Source: Candidatus Micrarchaeota archaeon
GTDB taxonomy: Archaea; Micrarchaeota; Micrarchaeia; Burarchaeales; Fermentimicrarchaeaceae
NCBI GenBank assembly: GCA_013425335.1
Contig: JACCLG010000012.1
Coordinates: 1 to 55,819 of the forward strand
DNA: 55,819 nt
Reading direction: 5' to 3'
Position numbers and translations under genes: made by a program
Notes under the pieces: generated by a model
What the model was told of the DNA's origin: nothing
What the model saw: the letters and a program-made list of their open reading frames with translations, nothing else
Database searches by the model: none
Part shown: positions 52,691-55,819 of the stretch, piece by piece
Numbering within the stretch: the stretch's first letter is position 1
How the letters are laid out: each line of letters begins with the position of its first letter

Positions 52691-53551
52691 TCAATGCGCC
52701 AGAAGCGCCCCCAGAAATCCCAGGAGAGCTATGAACATTGCAGCAAGGCTCAGGTTCCTGCTCGCTTTCATGAATTGTTTTGAGGGTTTCCCAAGCGAGT
52801 GCAGCGCAATATACGCCAGCAGGACATCATTGATGAGCACCGGCACAAGATAGGATAGATTTCCCCTGTAGGGGTCGATGTAGAGGTATGGCAGGATACT
52901 GAGCGCTATGCTTACCATATAAAAGATAAATGACAGGAGGAGTGAATTCCTCGCACCTATGAGCATCGGCAGCGTCTTTGAGCCTCTGCCTGCCCTGTCG
53001 CCGCGGATATCCCTCACAGTCCCCATTATCTCCCTTGCCAAACCGCTCACGAAAGCTATTGAGCTGAGCAGAAGAACTGCAGCAGGGATGTAGTCTGCAA
53101 CTGCAATGCTGCCGTAGACAAATGGCACTGCCATAGTAAGCGCGATGTAGATATTCCCGATGACTGCGATATCCTTAAGCCTGAAGCTGTAGAGGCACGC
53201 CAGTATTGAGAATGAAAGAGTGAGCAGGAAGCAGTTGAAGTTTATTAAGATTGAAATCAGTGTTCCCAGCGCGAAAAGGAGCAGGGAAAGAAGAAGAGCG
53301 TTGCGAGGAGTGATCTCACCGCTCACCAGTGGCCTGTCCATCCTCCTGTTTATCCTGTCGCTCTTCAAATCGAAGTAGTCGTTTATTGCAAAGCTTGCAG
53401 CTCCCACGAGCATTGGCGGAAGTATGCTCAGCAGGAGGAGGTTGTACTGCGGCACCGCATGCAGAGTTATCACTTCACCTACAGCAACTGCAACTGCCAG
53501 CATGAATGAATGCTCAAATCTCACAAGCTTCCAGCAGGCATCAATTTTCAT
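52691..53551 (-). CDS. UbiA-family prenyltransferase, probably (S)-2,3-di-O-geranylgeranylglyceryl phosphate synthase
   Basis: NDYFDLKSDRINRRMDRPL, a second Asp-rich region, and ~8 TM segments. An archaeal lipid context is assumed. Confidence 0.75.
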   Translation of the reverse strand: MKIDACWKLVRFEHSFMLAVAVAVGEVITLHAVPQYNLLLLSILPPMLVGAASFAINDYFDLKSDRINRRMDRPLVSGEITPRNALLLSLLLFALGTLISILINFNCFLLTLSFSILACLYSFRLKDIAVIGNIYIALTMAVPFVYGSIAVADYIPAAVLLLSSIAFVSGLAREIMGTVRDIRGDRAGRGSKTLPMLIGARNSLLLSFIFYMVSIALSILPYLYIDPYRGNLSYLVPVLINDVLLAYIALHSLGKPSKQFMKASRNLSLAAMFIALLGFLGALLAH

Positions 53552-53605
53552 CTGCTACCCTCTCTACCACTCATATTTTAATATTGGATTACAAATTATA
53601 AAAGC

Positions 53606-54280
53606 ATGGGTAAGTTGGTGTTCATACCCGAGATGGGATGCTCTGGGGATATGGTTCTCGGAGCTCTTGCAGACCTCGGTGCAGAGAATGAAATGAAGGA
53701 GGGCGTAAGGACTGCCCTGGGATACGAAATATCGTTCAAGGATGCGCTGAAACACGGAGTGCATGCGAAGATTCTTGAGACTGATTTGGACGAGAAGTGC
53801 TCGCCAGCCCGGATGATGGAGCTGATACGCTCGTCTGCAGACATACTGGAGTTTGATGACTACCAGATGAAGTTCGCCTGGGATACTTTTGAGACAATTC
53901 TTGAGGCAGAAAAGCTTGTGCATGGAGCTGATGAGAGGCGCCTCGGTGGAATGGGCAATATCGACACAGTGGTCGACATAGTTGGAGCCACCATTGGACT
54001 GGGGGCTCTTGGAGCTTTCAGCTCCGAGGTGATAGCCGGGCCTGTTGCCGTGGGAACTGAGCCGGCACCGGTAGCCATACAAATATTGAAGAAAAAGAAA
54101 TTCAAGTTTTACAAGAGGGATATAAGGCATGAGCTGTGCACACCCACGGGGGCGGGCATAATGGTGAATATAGCGCAGGGAGTCGGCAAGATGCCTGATA
54201 TGAAAAAATACAAGAAGGGATGCGGAGGGGGAAGCAGGGATTTCTCCCTGCCGAACGTGCTGAGGTTGAGGATATTGTAA
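53606..54280 (+). CDS. larC: LarC/DUF111-family protein, N-terminal half only
   Basis: PEMGCSGDMVLGALADLGA at the N-terminus. At 224 aa it is about half the usual LarC length. Confidence 0.65.
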   Translation: MGKLVFIPEMGCSGDMVLGALADLGAENEMKEGVRTALGYEISFKDALKHGVHAKILETDLDEKCSPARMMELIRSSADILEFDDYQMKFAWDTFETILEAEKLVHGADERRLGGMGNIDTVVDIVGATIGLGALGAFSSEVIAGPVAVGTEPAPVAIQILKKKKFKFYKRDIRHELCTPTGAGIMVNIAQGVGKMPDMKKYKKGCGGGSRDFSLPNVLRLRIL

Positions 54281-54295
54281 GATTTGGATGAGGTT

Positions 54296-55165
54296 ATGAG
54301 ATTGCTGCATTCTAGACCGCCATATAACTTTCCGGGAATCGAGCCTGAGCTTTCAGCATTTGAAAAGGCCAAGGTAGTTGTATTCCCTGTGCCCTACGAC
54401 TCGACAACATGCTACAGGAGCGGCACAAGGAACGGCCCTCATGCAATAATCACTGCATCAAGGCAGATGGAGCTGTATGATGAAGAGCTTGGCTATGAGC
54501 CTGCCCGGGTTGGTATACACACCCTTGATGAATTGGAGCCGTCCATGAACTCACCTAAAGAGACTATTGACAGGGTTGAGAAAGTTGTTGCTGGGATAAT
54601 TGAGAGCAAGAAATTCCCGCTTATGCTTGGGGGGGAGCATTCCATTTCCCTTGGAGCTGTTAGAGCGCTTTTAAAAAGCCGCAAGGACATGAGCGTGCTG
54701 CAGCTTGACGCCCACGGCGACTTGAGGGACGAGTTTGAAGGAACTAAGTTTGGGCATACCTCAGTAATGAGGAGGATTTCAGAGCTCTGCGACACTGTGC
54801 AGGTCGGCATAAGGGACATGAGCCTGGAGGAGGCGGAATTCGCAAGGAAGAAGAAGTTAAAGATATTCTACGCAAGGAATCCGCCAAAGCCGGCTGAGAT
54901 TGTCTCACGCTTGAAGAAGGATGTGTATGTCTCCGTAGATTTGGATGTGTTTGACCCATCAGAGGTTCCCGCAGTGGGAACCCCTCAGCCCGGAGGGATG
55001 CACTGGTATGAGGTGCTTGCAATTCTGAAGGAACTTGCTTCAAAGAGGAATGTTGTTGGTTTTGATGTGGTTGAGCTATGCCCAATAGAAGGCGATGTCT
55101 CTTCCGATTTCCTGGCAGCGAGGCTTGCATATAAATTCCTGGGCTATGTTTTTAAGCCTCGTTAA
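54296..55165 (+). CDS. speB: Agmatinase (ureohydrolase family)
   Basis: GGEHSIS, DAHGDL, SVDLDVFDPS metal-binding motifs. Confidence 0.88.
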   Translation: MRLLHSRPPYNFPGIEPELSAFEKAKVVVFPVPYDSTTCYRSGTRNGPHAIITASRQMELYDEELGYEPARVGIHTLDELEPSMNSPKETIDRVEKVVAGIIESKKFPLMLGGEHSISLGAVRALLKSRKDMSVLQLDAHGDLRDEFEGTKFGHTSVMRRISELCDTVQVGIRDMSLEEAEFARKKKLKIFYARNPPKPAEIVSRLKKDVYVSVDLDVFDPSEVPAVGTPQPGGMHWYEVLAILKELASKRNVVGFDVVELCPIEGDVSSDFLAARLAYKFLGYVFKPR

Positions 55166-55178
55166 ACCAAGTTATAGC

Positions 55179-55819
55179 ATGGATTGGATGCCCTCCTATC
55201 AAAATGCTCTTGCCTATGCCGAGAGGAATATTGTTAGGAATACTCTATTTGCATATAATGTTAACATAGACGCAGTAAAGCATCTGAAAGGCGGAGAGAA
55301 ATTTCCAAACAAGATAGCAGCACTGCTCAAGAGATGCGTTAGGAAAGGCAGAGAAAGCGAGGTGAAGATAGACAAGAGGACCCTGCAGTCCCTCATGAAA
55401 CAGGGCTGTGACGAGATGCGCATGGGGGGGCAGGCAGGGAACATGAGTAATGTCGCATCTGCCCTTGGTGTCCTCTGCTACACCCATGTCCCGTCAAAAT
55501 GCAGGGAGCAGATGAAGCTTTTCGAGCACCCTGAGAACATTCTTGTTGCAGACGGCAGCTTCAAGACTCCTGATAAGGTGAACAGAAGGTGTGATGTGCC
55601 GATTCATTTCGTTATGGAGTTCGCCAAGGGCTACAGGCTTCAGAATGCCGAGGCGCCGGTTTCAAACAGGCTTATTGCATCGTATAATCCTCCATGCGCT
55701 GTACTGGAAATCGACAGCGAGTTCAGGAGGCTCGCTCCGAGGATTATTGACACTGTGAGCAGGGCAGTAATATCCGGCTTCCACAACCCTACCTTGTGCA
55801 GTGATTTTGCAGTAAGAAT
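55179..55819 (+). CDS. ADP-dependent sugar kinase (glucokinase/phosphofructokinase family), N-terminal part, runs off the window
   Basis: Hand translation gives MDWMPSYQNALAYAERN..LFAYNVNIDAVKHL..MRMGGQAGNMSNVAS. Confidence 0.8.
   Translation, partial: MDWMPSYQNALAYAERNIVRNTLFAYNVNIDAVKHLKGGEKFPNKIAALLKRCVRKGRESEVKIDKRTLQSLMKQGCDEMRMGGQAGNMSNVASALGVLCYTHVPSKCREQMKLFEHPENILVADGSFKTPDKVNRRCDVPIHFVMEFAKGYRLQNAEAPVSNRLIASYNPPCAVLEIDSEFRRLAPRIIDTVSRAVISGFHNPTLCSDFAVR

Noticed and set aside
53564-54310. 248-aa minus-strand ORF
   Set aside because: It is antisense to the LarC-like gene and has implausible composition.

Overview
This is an archaeal chromosomal window. The evidence is GatD/GatE, aIF2-alpha, aEF-1beta, PCNA, PriS/PriL, GINS, Nop10, LonB, a DGGGP-synthase-type UbiA prenyltransferase and class III signal-peptide pilins. 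AT-rich TATA-like boxes sit about 25-35 nt upstream of many starts, and GGTG-type Shine-Dalgarno motifs precede others. I can support about 62 protein genes and 2 tRNA genes: tRNA-Arg GCG, and tRNA-Gly CCC with a ~58-nt insertion in its D-loop. There is also one LAGLIDADG intein in LonB and one TnpB-only IS200/IS605-type element. I saw no rRNA and no CRISPR array. Most of 0-25 kb and 33-56 kb is housekeeping: purine and CoA biosynthesis, translation, the exosome/RNAP cluster, a PCNA-primase-GINS-ribosomal cluster, Rad50 and NurA/HerA. Accessory signals concentrate in three places. (i) The tRNA-Arg flank at 9.66-10.33 kb holds a second copy of the tRNA 3' end, split around a 541-bp AT-rich cassette. 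(ii) At 21.25-24.8 kb, a 22-bp exact direct repeat sits upstream of tnpB and of a small ORF, bracketing nth, a permease and tnpB. (iii) At 25.3-32.9 kb there is a run of uncharacterised genes. These are a protein with an MPN/JAB-like HxH..S..D motif, a protein with four AbrB/SpoVT-like repeats, and a 353-bp hairpin-rich convergent spacer. They are followed by an AT-rich cassette (AN1-ZnF/TM/CAP protein, small TM protein, HNH nuclease) downstream of a DUF1998-type DEAD-box helicase. None of these matches a described defence or mobile system that I can name from sequence alone. I rank (iii) and (i) as most worth follow-up. All product calls come from recognising motifs by eye in the supplied or hand-made translations. 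No database search or RNA folding was possible, and start codons are best guesses.
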